NCBI GenBank assembly: GCA_026025795.1
Contig: JAPEUG010000010.1
Span: forward strand, 1-64,000
Direction of reading: 5' to 3'
Length of the DNA stretch: 64,000 nt
Source: Thelocarpon superellum
Taxonomy: Eukaryota
Numbering within the stretch: position 1 is the first letter of the stretch; every line of letters starts with the position of its first letter. Below the pieces are notes generated by a model, which saw only the letters and a list, made by a program, of their open reading frames with translations, searched no databases and was not told where the DNA came from. Of the stretch, positions 37,027-47,113 are shown one piece after another. The position numbers and the translations under genes were made by a program.

Positions 37027-38323
37027 TGCCGCCGAAACCGTGCGACGATGGTCACGACGGCGACGTCGACTGGCTGGCCCTTGCTTCTCACCCTAGGGAA
37101 TTACGGAATGTCGGGGGAATCATTCGAGATAGCAAGCGATGCCAAAAAAGACCTTTGATAGGCACGTATGCTGGGGAATGGTCCTTGTAAATAGACGACT
37201 GGGCAATGTGGTAAGAGTTGACATGCTCGAAGCCCAATGTAAGGTTGGCGGACCGATCGAGATGCACTGATGCGAGTATCGGGGTAGTAGCCAGGCCGAG
37301 ATATCAGTAGCTGTCATTTAGCACGCGCCCCCAACCCCACCTCTACCTCGTCCGCGTACTACGTTTGAGGCTGAGTGCCAAAAACTCCAGTCTTGCAGGT
37401 GTCCCTCCTTGTGCCTCTGTAGAGCTCGCGCGCACCGCTGCGAGGTCGTGACTGGCTGAAAGGGCAAGGCTAAGGTGAGGTAAGCGTCGAGGGATGCGAG
37501 TACTGTCGTACGAGTGCTGGTCCTCCATAGCGAACGCTACAGCAGGCGTTTCTCCACGGAGGACCACTACTAACCACTAGTAGTGGTTACGATCGTCATT
37601 AACATTACCTCATCCCTTCGCTACCCTAATCCCGATATCTGAGCGGTACGATCATGGGCAAGGGACAGGGAAAGGGAAATGAAGAAGACGTGGTTAGGGA
37701 ATGGGGATTTGAAGACGTCTTTACCTGGACAGATGGACCGTAAGTAGAGCAAATACACGCCTCGATTTTTCCCGCATGTGCAGTTCGTGGCCATGTTCGC
37801 AGTCCTTTTTGCAGGTCCAGTAGTGAGGCTGACTTGGTAATGAAAGGAACGCCTATTATCCACCGCATCAACACGATAACCTAACCACACATCTCATCAT
37901 TCGCGGTCATCTAACCATCTTGTATCCAAAAGATGGCGTTCCTTGCAAGGAGACCTTTGGGCCCGGGACACGAATCGATGTCGACGCGGGTCGGGTGCAT
38001 GAGGTATGGATTGGTCGCGACGGCTGCACCTACGTCATAGGAGAATGAAGGAGACTTTCTCGTCAGACGGAGAATCCAGGTTGTGTGCATGCAGGAATGT
38101 AATCTCCACCTCGCATCGGATATGCTTCTGTCAAAGTGATATGCATTCAAAGTCAACTCGCTTCCTCCATTCGCTGCGGTATGTCTACGCGGGGCCCAAT
38201 GCCTCGGCTAAGACTCATGGAAAATGCCCCAAAACGCCGCCCTGCTTCCAGCTATATCATCAAAGCATCGCAGCACCGCCAGACCGACCCAGGCGAGAGA
38301 CCAAGGCTCGAGCCAGCCTGGAA

Positions 38324-40009
38324 TCAAATTGCCCAACTGCCTTTGCGAGCCCGTACGCCCCACGCCGCCGGTTCTGCCTCGGCCGAGTCGAGGCTGTGAT
38401 TCTGACGCGCCCACTCACGGATGTATAGGCGCAAGGCCTTCCAGCGCCCGCGGTTGCCCCGCGTCTGCATATGCTCTTGATCGACCCCCTGGCCCTCCTC
38501 AAGTCCGACAAAACCCGTCGCGCCGCCGTGGTCGTCTTCGCCCCGAAGTTCGTCGATGGGAATTCGCGAGATCTTGCTGAGTTCGAAGTCGAACTTCTTC
38601 GCCAGTGCCGGATAGCCCAGCGACAGATAGTTATAAACTTGGGTCACAAAGAGGTCGGAGAACTCGAGCTCGAGTGTGGAAAGGGAGGCATGGGATGGGT
38701 TTCTCGTCGGCGCTGTGGATGTGGATCGTGACGCAGCTGTCTCTTCGTTGGGCGGTGTCACCATGCCGGTGCTGACGGTCTTGGGCGGTTGGTCATCCGC
38801 GTCCTCGGCCGTGCAGAACCCTCGCCACAAGCCAACTCCACTGGAGCGTAGAGCGATCTTAGGATGAGGATGTTGATGGACGTCCAGCTGGGTGGCCTGG
38901 GGGGACAGATGCATCCGAAATACCAGGTTCTCTCCAAGCATCGGGGGCTTGGCAGCATCTCGCATGTGATCAAAGTCCACCTCCTTCTGCTGCCCCACCA
39001 TGGCATCCGCAAAAGGATTGTGGAAGTTGCGACGGTCCGGAACATCCTGACCCGGCGGTGGGCCCAGAGCGTGGCGGTGTTGATGGTGCTTGCGCATCTC
39101 GCGTGCCTCCCAGCTCAGCTCCGCCACGGACTCTCGCCGCGTCATGTGTTTGCGTGCATGGTCCGACATGATATCGGACATATCCGAATCTTCCTCGACG
39201 GCGAAATGGTCGACGGGCTCGTGGAAGTCGTCATTGGGGAAGGCGGCCATAGCTTGCTCGCGCAGTTGTTTCTCCGCCGCGCGCGCAGCGAGACCGAGCA
39301 GATACCCGGAGAATCGATCGTCGCAGCTCTCACGCATCTTGTTGCTCCGTCGATCCACCTCTACGCCCTCATCAGACGCAGCCGAGGGTGAGGTTGAGAG
39401 TGAAGGACAATTCGAGCCCTCGGATTCACTCGAGGTGATCCGCTCCAGACTGGGTACACGGAAGGCGTGGTGACGCAGCGCGGAACGAGACCGGATCCCC
39501 CTTACTGTATTCGCAGCATCATGCAGTGTTGAGCTGGTGGAGCCATCGATTGTCCGTGCTATTTGGCCGGCCCGGGAGGTTCGGGGTCGAGGTGTGGCCC
39601 GTACCGGATCGCCTGGGGCAACCTCCGTCTTGTCCGCCGAAGACAGCACTGGACCATTGTCGCCCGACCGCCGGGATCGTGTCGTCGTCTCCAAGAGCTG
39701 TGGCGCGAACCGTCGGGTTGGCTTCGGTTTCGGTAGATCCCCCTCCTGCCGGTGCTGCCTACGGGACGAATCGTGAGTCGTCTCTGGCGGGCGTTTCCTG
39801 CTGCTCTTCGTCGACATCTCAACCGGCTCGGGCTTGAATCGGCGAGGAGTGGAGCCAATCGTGACCCGAGCGGGCTCACTCTCAATGGTAACGACGGTGT
39901 TGGTAGGATGGGCGACCGTGGGCTCCTTCGTCCTCGAGGCCCGCACTTTCGTCGTCACCTCTACCGGCTGTGGGAGGAAGCGTCGACGTGGCGGAGCGGG
40001 GTCGGTCAT
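38324..40009 (-). CDS. Conserved fungal hypothetical protein (~561 aa)
   Basis: Long ORF with blocks RESCDDRFSGYLL, QAMAAFPN, FVTQVYNYLSLGYPALAKKFDFELSKIS, RWKALRLYIREWARQ and terminal RKGSWAI. The ATG at 40009 was chosen because the upstream frame looks like UTR. Confidence 0.88.
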   Translation of the reverse strand: MTDPAPPRRRFLPQPVEVTTKVRASRTKEPTVAHPTNTVVTIESEPARVTIGSTPRRFKPEPVEMSTKSSRKRPPETTHDSSRRQHRQEGDLPKPKPTRRFAPQLLETTTRSRRSGDNGPVLSSADKTEVAPGDPVRATPRPRTSRAGQIARTIDGSTSSTLHDAANTVRGIRSRSALRHHAFRVPSLERITSSESEGSNCPSLSTSPSAASDEGVEVDRRSNKMRESCDDRFSGYLLGLAARAAEKQLREQAMAAFPNDDFHEPVDHFAVEEDSDMSDIMSDHARKHMTRRESVAELSWEAREMRKHHQHRHALGPPPGQDVPDRRNFHNPFADAMVGQQKEVDFDHMRDAAKPPMLGENLVFRMHLSPQATQLDVHQHPHPKIALRSSGVGLWRGFCTAEDADDQPPKTVSTGMVTPPNEETAASRSTSTAPTRNPSHASLSTLELEFSDLFVTQVYNYLSLGYPALAKKFDFELSKISRIPIDELRGEDDHGGATGFVGLEEGQGVDQEHMQTRGNRGRWKALRLYIREWARQNHSLDSAEAEPAAWGVRARKGSWAI

Positions 40010-42485
40010 TGTGCCTATAGCAGCCCCAGCACGGCTGACCACGACCCACCGCTTGCCGAGTCTATCCCTTCTCTTATGATCCGGCGTGGCGAGGACGGTG
40101 CATTGGAGGAATGATGAAATAGTAGCGGTCGAGTCGAGCGCGTCCAATATAAGTGTGTGTGCGTGTGTTGGGTGTGTGATGAGAGGGAGATTGAGGGTCA
40201 CAGGCGGAGAGATCATGCGAGGCGACGTTCTGTAAGCTTCAAGCTCCACAGGGGCCGGACCAGTGCGGCATGGCGATGGGAAGTGTGACGCACACCCGTG
40301 CAACCACTGGACCTTCTTACAACGGTTCACGAACGTAGCACATCCTATAAGTGCGAATGATCCAGCGATGCGGTGGTGGGTGGAGGTGGTGGGATGGATA
40401 TCAAAGGGGTGACGTGATGGGTAATGGCCGCGGCGATAGGGAGATAGGGCGTTATAGAAAGCACTTGAGAAGGCGGGCTTGGCGCGTGGATGGATGAGTA
40501 CGAGGTGGGGCTGGCGAGTGAGGCTCGGGTGATAGGGGAGACGACCGAGACCAAGAATCTGGGGCGCATTCGTAGACCGATCCACGCCGGGAACCTGGGC
40601 GCTCAGAGAGTGAAGGGGAAGTCCGACGGTGGAATTGACGAGACAACGTGGGAGACGGAATAGTTATGGGGGTTCGCCGTGCAAGCTTGGCCGTTCACGA
40701 TGCCAACCAACTATTCCGTAGTCATCATGCGAGGCAAGGCACCGTTGAATGGCGGCCGCATGCATCATGGCCCTCATCCTGTTAGAGAAGGGGAATCAAA
40801 AGTGTCGGCGCACTACAGCCCTGGCGTGCGTCGCTTGGGTCGACTCCCCACCTCCTCGCCATTGGCCGCGGCGTGGTGGGGTGTGGGGGTCATCTCCGAC
40901 GTCGCAGAAGCGACAGCCTCGTAGGGAGCACGAAACGTTGCTGATGCGCCGTCAGTGACCCCGTCAGCGCCCGACTGACGGGCTGGATGGATTGCCTTCC
41001 TTCCTTGGCCTGTCAGCCCATCATTGCACCAAGGATCTACGTGATGCTCTCGCTCCTCGATTGCCGACAACCGCCTTCGCGTGGTCAATGATAGTTGATG
41101 AGATCTTCAGCAAGGCGCCCTGCATAGAAGTATCCTACCGAACGGTCGGGAGTCTACGAGAATGTTGAAGCGCCACCGACGGCGTGCCTGCCATGATTCG
41201 ATGGCAGGGCCACGGAGCGAACGCGTGCGGGCCACCCGGCCAGTCGCGAAGACGGCCGCGCCGAGAGCCCCGCCCGCACCGTACGGCGCACGGCCACTAG
41301 ATTTACCTGTATCCTTTGTTTGACCGCCTTTCCAACTGCAGCTGTGCACTATTCGGGATGATTTTGGACGACAGAGACAACGTGCGTTGTATGTATATGA
41401 GTACTGGTACGGAGTGCTCATAAAGCTGAAAGCGGCGACGACATGAGTAGACCGTAAGGCGGAGTTGGGGAACGAAAGCGAGCGCTGGTCTCCACGTCGG
41501 AAAGTCTTATGAACACCAGTGCGAGTCTTGTGCTCCCCACGTAGACTAAGTGGGGAACACTGACGTCCATGGCAAACCGGCGCAAACCAAGTACTACTTG
41601 GTTCGCGACAGCACGCACGTAATACCAGAAAACTTGAGCAGCTTCACCATCGCTCTGACGCAGACCTCCGAGCCCTCTAGTATGGCAGTATCAAGAGCCT
41701 CGCCGGAGTTGGCGACTTAGCTCATGAGAACCGGCTTGCGTGGCCAGGGACGCGCACTGGGTGGCACTTCTCCAAAATCCGCGCCAGCACGTGAGGGCGA
41801 GGAAACACCACGAGCTCTGCGTCGTAACCACGCCTACGCAAGAGAGCGTCGCTGGCTCGCCGACTGAAGAGGCACAGTGCGAGGGTACGAATGGAAGGGT
41901 GTGAGGAGCTAATGCAAGAGGTTTGCTGTGGCTGTGCTGAACATGGTCATTCGGAACCCGGTCCCCCCGAGTCGTAGGCTGATGGAGCTAGGCTAGGTGA
42001 GCGACACCGACAAAACGAAGATGAAGAAGGGGAGGAAGCGGGTGGCTAGGCGACCCTGGTCCAATCAGACGAGGACCGGGTCCCAGCTCGGTCTCTTTCT
42101 GAACCATTTGTGGTCGGAAGACTTAGTGGGTCAAGTCGGTCAGTCGGTCAGTTGGTCGGCAAAGCGAGTCGAAGGCCAGGTAGGCCCGGGGACTGCCAAG
42201 CCCCTCCAAGCCTCCCCAGCCTTTGCCCACGCACGACCGCCGGCTGCCGACCGGCGACCACCAGTACTACTGACCACCGATCGGGTCCCTCATATACTCA
42301 ACCGTGACAACGAACCTTGGCGTTGACAGTCTTCATTTCCATAACCACAGTACCTGCAGGCCGTCCCGCCTTTTCTCCACTCTACTACCACCTCCCTTGT
42401 AGTCGTCAACGCCAGGCGCCAGGTTGCATCTCCATCTTTTGTCCGCCCATTCGACTCGTCCATCCTCCCCTGTCCCTCATTCACC

Positions 42486-42937
42486 ATGTCGAATCAAGGC
42501 TACTACAACCAGCAGCCACAATACCCGCCCCAGAGCTACGGGCCGCCCCAGGGAGGATATTATCAACAAGGCCCACCTCCCGTAAGTGCGCTCTCTCGAA
42601 CCCTTTGCCTTCCCGTCGGAGCAGGATCGCAAAGCGGCTTCTACCATAGGTCCTAGGCGTGAGTGGAGACATTTCAGCGGAACTGACCAGATCTGTAGAT
42701 GCAATACGCCCAGCCACAATACCAGCAGGCGCCGCCACCACGACGACAGTCTAATAAGGGATGTTTTGAGGTCTGGTGAGTCGATGCGTCTCGTGCATGC
42801 TCACGCCTCCCCCCATGAACCTCCGCGCTGACACCCACGCCCCGTCTAGTATCGCCACCCTGTGCTGTTGTTTTGTGTGCGAGGAAGGCTGCGACTGCTG
42901 CGTCGACATCTGCGAGTGTGCGGAAGGCTGCTGTTAA
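42486..42937 (+). CDS. CYSTM-family cysteine-rich tail-anchored peptide (86 aa; exons 42486-42581, 42699-42775, 42850-42937)
   Basis: The spliced product is MSNQGYYNQQPQYPPQSYGPPQGGYYQQGPPP-MQYAQPQYQQAPPPRRQSNKGCFEVC-IATLCCCFVCEEGCDCCVDICECAEGCC*. Donors GTAAGT and GTGAGT, CTGAC branch points and TAG acceptors are canonical. Confidence 0.93.
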
Positions 42938-43011
42938 ATCAACCATCTATACAAATCCATCAACGCCGGAGACGACGGGATGATGGAAATGACGGGGGCA
43001 GCGGCGGGTTA

Positions 43012-43053
43012 GCGGTGGCGGTGGCGGTGGCGGTGGCGGCGGCGGCGGCGGCG
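43012..43053. repeat. (GCGGTG)n/(GCG)n compound microsatellite
   Basis: Read directly from the sequence, in the CYSTM 3' region. Confidence 0.85.
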
Positions 43054-43660
43054 AAGATGGTCTGGCGTAAGAGGCCACAGGGAGAGGGAATAGGGTGGAG
43101 GCTGAACCTGACGGAGCAAATCATGCGCCATGCATTCTTCTCTCCTGACGTTTGTTTTCTCTGTATGATGACCGAAAATAACCTCATGCCACGTCTGACC
43201 GCGCGTGTCTCTCTCTCCATCTTGATCTTGGATGCAGAGCTGCCGCTTGGATAGACGGCGGGCAAACATGCGCTCTGTACTTCCCACCCGCCCCGAAATT
43301 CTATGAAGTTTACGTAGTATGAAGATGGGTCTATTCCCTGTAAAATCATCATATACGGATTGTGGCGCTAGGAGCGAGAACTTCGCACGATACTGGCTCC
43401 ACTGCATAGATGGGTATGAGAGAGAGAGCGCGCTACAATGCGACCTCAACCTGGACATCGAATTCGAGTTCGGCCGTGAATGTCATCAAAGATAACGACA
43501 TTCGATTGCTTTCATCAAAATCAATAAACATGACGTGCCAGGCTCATCAAGATGGGTATCCAGAACAGTGCAACCTACACAACTCACACGCCCCCGCACA
43601 CGCAGCGTGGTGTCGCATAGCTTCGTGTAGCCTCATACATCAGATCATAGCATGCGCAAT

Positions 43661-46600
43661 TCAAGCAGTAGCAGTAGCAGTAGCAGCAGTGAGCAGCGAC
43701 TCGGCAACGGCCAGCAAGGTAGGCAGAGAAGCAGAGGCATCTCCCGTCTGTCCAAGCGCGTCCTCCAACCACCCCATTGCCTTGTCGGCCACCAGGTCCC
43801 AAGTTTCCTTCTCGCCGGACACTTTCGTCTGCATGAAGGCGACGGCCAGAACGGTGGCGACGACTCGGTCGCTGGTCGTCTTGCCGTCGAAGCCTGATCG
43901 GACCTGCTCGCGCGCAAGGCCGAGCGTCGAGAGTAGCGCGTCCTCCAGCGCCCACCACCCCTCGAATGTCTGCAGCGCGATGAGCATGTGCAGCCGGTCT
44001 TCCTCCGTCTGTGACACGGGCGCGCTGTCCGAGGTGAAGAGAGAGCGGCTTGTCGGTGCCACGGCCTGTCCAGGCTGAGTAACAGCATGAGCAAGTCTTT
44101 GAGATGATTTCGGTGGAGAAGCTGGCGCTCCACCACCACCACTTGATTGGGCTTGAGGTCGAGCGAAGGAAACCCGTTTCGCCGCGTCTTGAGAACGATA
44201 TCTCGGGCTGGCCGACGAAGTAGTATACGCGTCTCCGTCTTGTTGACCGCCCGCTACATTCGCTGGAGCGGCCACAGGCTTTCCTCCGGGGAGTGCAGAA
44301 GACAAGTTCCTCTTGGTCGCAGCGACGCTGCGGCTGAAGAAGGTGTTGGGAGACCTCGCTGGGGCGTAGCTCTCCCTGGAAGAGGCATGGCTTATCATTG
44401 AACGTAGTTGCTCATTACCTTGAGGCGCTGGCTTGGGCGGAGGTTGTGCCATGGCCGGAGATGGACTACCGTAGATGGGAGGAATGATGTAGCTGGCGAC
44501 GGAAGCACTGCTTGCTCCGTACGCGACCATGCCGGGGGCAAACCTCGAGCCGACCTGCATGCCCAGGAATTTCTCATTGTTCCGCTGCGGGAAGCTAATC
44601 TTCGGATTGGCCAGCGCCAAGCGTGGTGCTCCGCCAGAGGACGACATGGTCGTGAAGTTGCTGATCAATGTTCCTGTCGAGATAGTCGAGGAGGTGACTG
44701 ACTGGATGTCGGACATCGTTTCTATGTCATCGTCGATAGGAGCACCTCTTATCCTAGGGTCCGACCTGTCGTCGCTCGTTGGCGTCGGCCCAGCGGAGCT
44801 ATCCGGAGATCGGGGGCGGGAGGACCCAGCGTCGCCTGGCCTTGACGTCGTCGGTTCCGGCTTGGATGCATCCGTGTCAAGAGCAGGGGCGGAGCTGCTA
44901 CCAAGTGCGGCATCGACAAGCTCTCGATCGTTCGCCTCCACGGCCACGAAAGAGCACCACTTCCCCGCGGTCTGGAAGTCGACCCCAAGTCGAATCGCTT
45001 CGCGCTGAACAATCTCGTCCCAGCGCCCTTCGAAGCGCTCGCGGATGGGGACACCACCCTGATCTTTGGCGTCGTAGATCCAGCCGCGCCCTTCTTCAAG
45101 TTCTCCAACGGCCTTTTTCGCCGCAAGCTGGTGAAGCGTCTCTTGAGGGGTAGGCAGGACTTCCACGGGAATCTCCAGTGCCAGCGGACCATGGCTCGAC
45201 GTCGCCCGGAGCACGACCGAGCTGGGGGGTCGCTGGCAGGCCCGCGGCGACAGCAACAAATAGACCACGGTGCGGGATGAGGGAAACAGCGGAGGGATTT
45301 TGTGCGGTGCCTGGATCAGCCTCGGGTTCCGCATGGATGGGAGATGCGCGAAGCGATCTTGGCCGGCACTGTCCGTCCTGGCTTCCTCCGGGACCTGTTT
45401 CGCCGGACCAGGATTGAAAAGCGAAATGGGCGCTTTCTCCTTGTCGTGGTCGTCGTCCACGTCAACGTCGTCGATCGCCAGCACTTGAAAGTCGTCCGTT
45501 GCTCGCTCCAAGACGATCTCGGTCTGGTCGCCATGCGCGGTGTCGGCGAAAATCACATCCATGGTATAGTCGTTGATGTGGGGACTGAGAGCACCCTTCA
45601 GCATGCCTACCACCTTGCCGTCGATCTTCTCGTGCTCGCCCACCGACTGAGCGAAGCCGTTACCCGCGCGGGCGACCCCCTCGATGAAGGCATGGGAGAC
45701 CGCCGCTCCGATCCCGAGGGAGAAGAGGCGGATTGGGGCCTCCGTGCGGCTGACGGCATCGTTGAGATATGAAAAGATCTCCTCTTGTTTCCACGTCTCA
45801 CCATCGGTCAGCAGCATGACTTCCAGTGGCAAGTCCTTATAGCGGCGTTCGATGGTATCCTTGATCGGTTCGAACATCTCGGTGCCGCCATAGTTGGCAC
45901 TGAATTGCTCGACGTCGCGCATTGCCTCTCGCAGCGTGGTCTGGTCGTACGCTCGACTTTTCGGCCACAGGAAGGTGTGACTGCTTCCGAAGGAGCAGAT
46001 GTTGAACTTGACGCCCAGGGGCATGGACTTGAGGAAGACCTGGAGTGCCCCCCGTAAGGTGTTGATTTTGTCACCCATGCTGCCACTCCGATCGGCAATC
46101 AGCACGATTTCGGGCCGGATGGCCGGGAGATCGAACTTGGGGACCAGGGTCACCATGAGCGCTCGCTGGTTCGGTAGAGTGGGATGGGTCTCGAGGAGGG
46201 CTTTGGGCGTGGCGACGTTCTTGGAGTTGACCAGCAGCACAAAGTCCCCGTCCAGTTCACTGTTATCTCGCGAGAGCGAGGCGGAGGCGCGCGACAGATG
46301 GGGCTCGTGCCCGTCGCCAGCCGGGTCTGTGGACAGGCTTCCCAAGGTGATGGCAATGGGGTGAGTAGGGGACTGGATGCTGCGAATGGGCGAGGTCGAT
46401 TCCATGGTGACGTCGACGGTGATTTTGAGGCTCCCCTTGCCCGCACTCTCCAGGCCGTGGCTCGATGGGATGCTCCCCGGCAAGCTCCCGTAACGGGGGG
46501 CGATGAAGGTGGGTAGGGTGTATCGAACGGCGTCGGCCGCGATGTCATGTTTTAGCTCGCCGAGGTAAATGATTTCGACCACAACGTCTCCACCTGCGGG

Positions 46601-46996
46601 GATGTTGCCGATGTTGGTGGTAAAGACATCGGCCGCCCCAGGCGTCTGCTCCAGCAGGCCGGCCGTCTCCCCTTTGGCGACGGCATCATCGTACACGGCC
46701 TTGGCCTGCTCCTTTTCCTTGACGAGGCCGCGAAAGACACGAGGGCCAACACGGACGGTGAAGCCAACGACGCTGACGCCGTCGTAGAGAGGGAATGCGT
46801 ACGTGGCCTCGGGGATACGGGAGTTTTTGGAGGGATTGGCAAATGTCTGGGTCAGGAGGGTCCGGGATGTCGTGGAAAGGATGGAAGTGTGTACGGCCAG
46901 CTTTACTTGGGGCATGTACTCGATTGGCCCGTGCTCCAGTAATGGGTTTCTCCAATAACATCCACACACGCGGGGTGAATGTGAATATGAATACAT
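43661..46996 (-). CDS. VIT + von Willebrand factor A domain protein (VWA5A-like), 1111 aa
   Basis: VIT region (TQTFAN..EATYAFPLYDGVSVVGF..KEQAKAVYDDA) and MIDAS motif DRSGSM...GGTEM...LLTDGE. C-terminal LIALQTFEGWW / TWDLVADKAMGWL block. Confidence 0.93.
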   Translation of the reverse strand: MYSYSHSPRVCGCYWRNPLLEHGPIEYMPQVKLAVHTSILSTTSRTLLTQTFANPSKNSRIPEATYAFPLYDGVSVVGFTVRVGPRVFRGLVKEKEQAKAVYDDAVAKGETAGLLEQTPGAADVFTTNIGNIPAGGDVVVEIIYLGELKHDIAADAVRYTLPTFIAPRYGSLPGSIPSSHGLESAGKGSLKITVDVTMESTSPIRSIQSPTHPIAITLGSLSTDPAGDGHEPHLSRASASLSRDNSELDGDFVLLVNSKNVATPKALLETHPTLPNQRALMVTLVPKFDLPAIRPEIVLIADRSGSMGDKINTLRGALQVFLKSMPLGVKFNICSFGSSHTFLWPKSRAYDQTTLREAMRDVEQFSANYGGTEMFEPIKDTIERRYKDLPLEVMLLTDGETWKQEEIFSYLNDAVSRTEAPIRLFSLGIGAAVSHAFIEGVARAGNGFAQSVGEHEKIDGKVVGMLKGALSPHINDYTMDVIFADTAHGDQTEIVLERATDDFQVLAIDDVDVDDDHDKEKAPISLFNPGPAKQVPEEARTDSAGQDRFAHLPSMRNPRLIQAPHKIPPLFPSSRTVVYLLLSPRACQRPPSSVVLRATSSHGPLALEIPVEVLPTPQETLHQLAAKKAVGELEEGRGWIYDAKDQGGVPIRERFEGRWDEIVQREAIRLGVDFQTAGKWCSFVAVEANDRELVDAALGSSSAPALDTDASKPEPTTSRPGDAGSSRPRSPDSSAGPTPTSDDRSDPRIRGAPIDDDIETMSDIQSVTSSTISTGTLISNFTTMSSSGGAPRLALANPKISFPQRNNEKFLGMQVGSRFAPGMVAYGASSASVASYIIPPIYGSPSPAMAQPPPKPAPQGNEQLRSMISHASSRESYAPARSPNTFFSRSVAATKRNLSSALPGGKPVAAPANVAGGQQDGDAYTTSSASPRYRSQDAAKRVSFARPQAQSSGGGGAPASPPKSSQRLAHAVTQPGQAVAPTSRSLFTSDSAPVSQTEEDRLHMLIALQTFEGWWALEDALLSTLGLAREQVRSGFDGKTTSDRVVATVLAVAFMQTKVSGEKETWDLVADKAMGWLEDALGQTGDASASLPTLLAVAESLLTAATATATA

Positions 46997-47106
46997 ATTG
47001 ACGTAAAATGGACGGGCTGGATGTATGATGACTGCGTCGAAGGGTGGGCAGTTGATTGATTGATTGATTTGATAGATCTACCGTCGACAGATTCATAGAA
47101 AGGGTG

Positions 47107-47113
47107 TTATATA
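47107..47113 (-). promoter_or_regulatory. TATA-like box (TATATAA) upstream of the VIT-vWA gene
   Basis: Located ~110 bp upstream of the ATG on the minus strand. Confidence 0.45.

Noticed and set aside
40010..40585. N-terminal 192 aa of the 753-aa ORF
   Set aside because: GTG start and UTR-like composition; the conserved-looking sequence begins at MTDPAPPRRRF.
41498..41510. CGGAAAGTC as RNase P/MRP CR-I
   Set aside because: It lacks the following CCC/G pairing strand and a matching CR-V.
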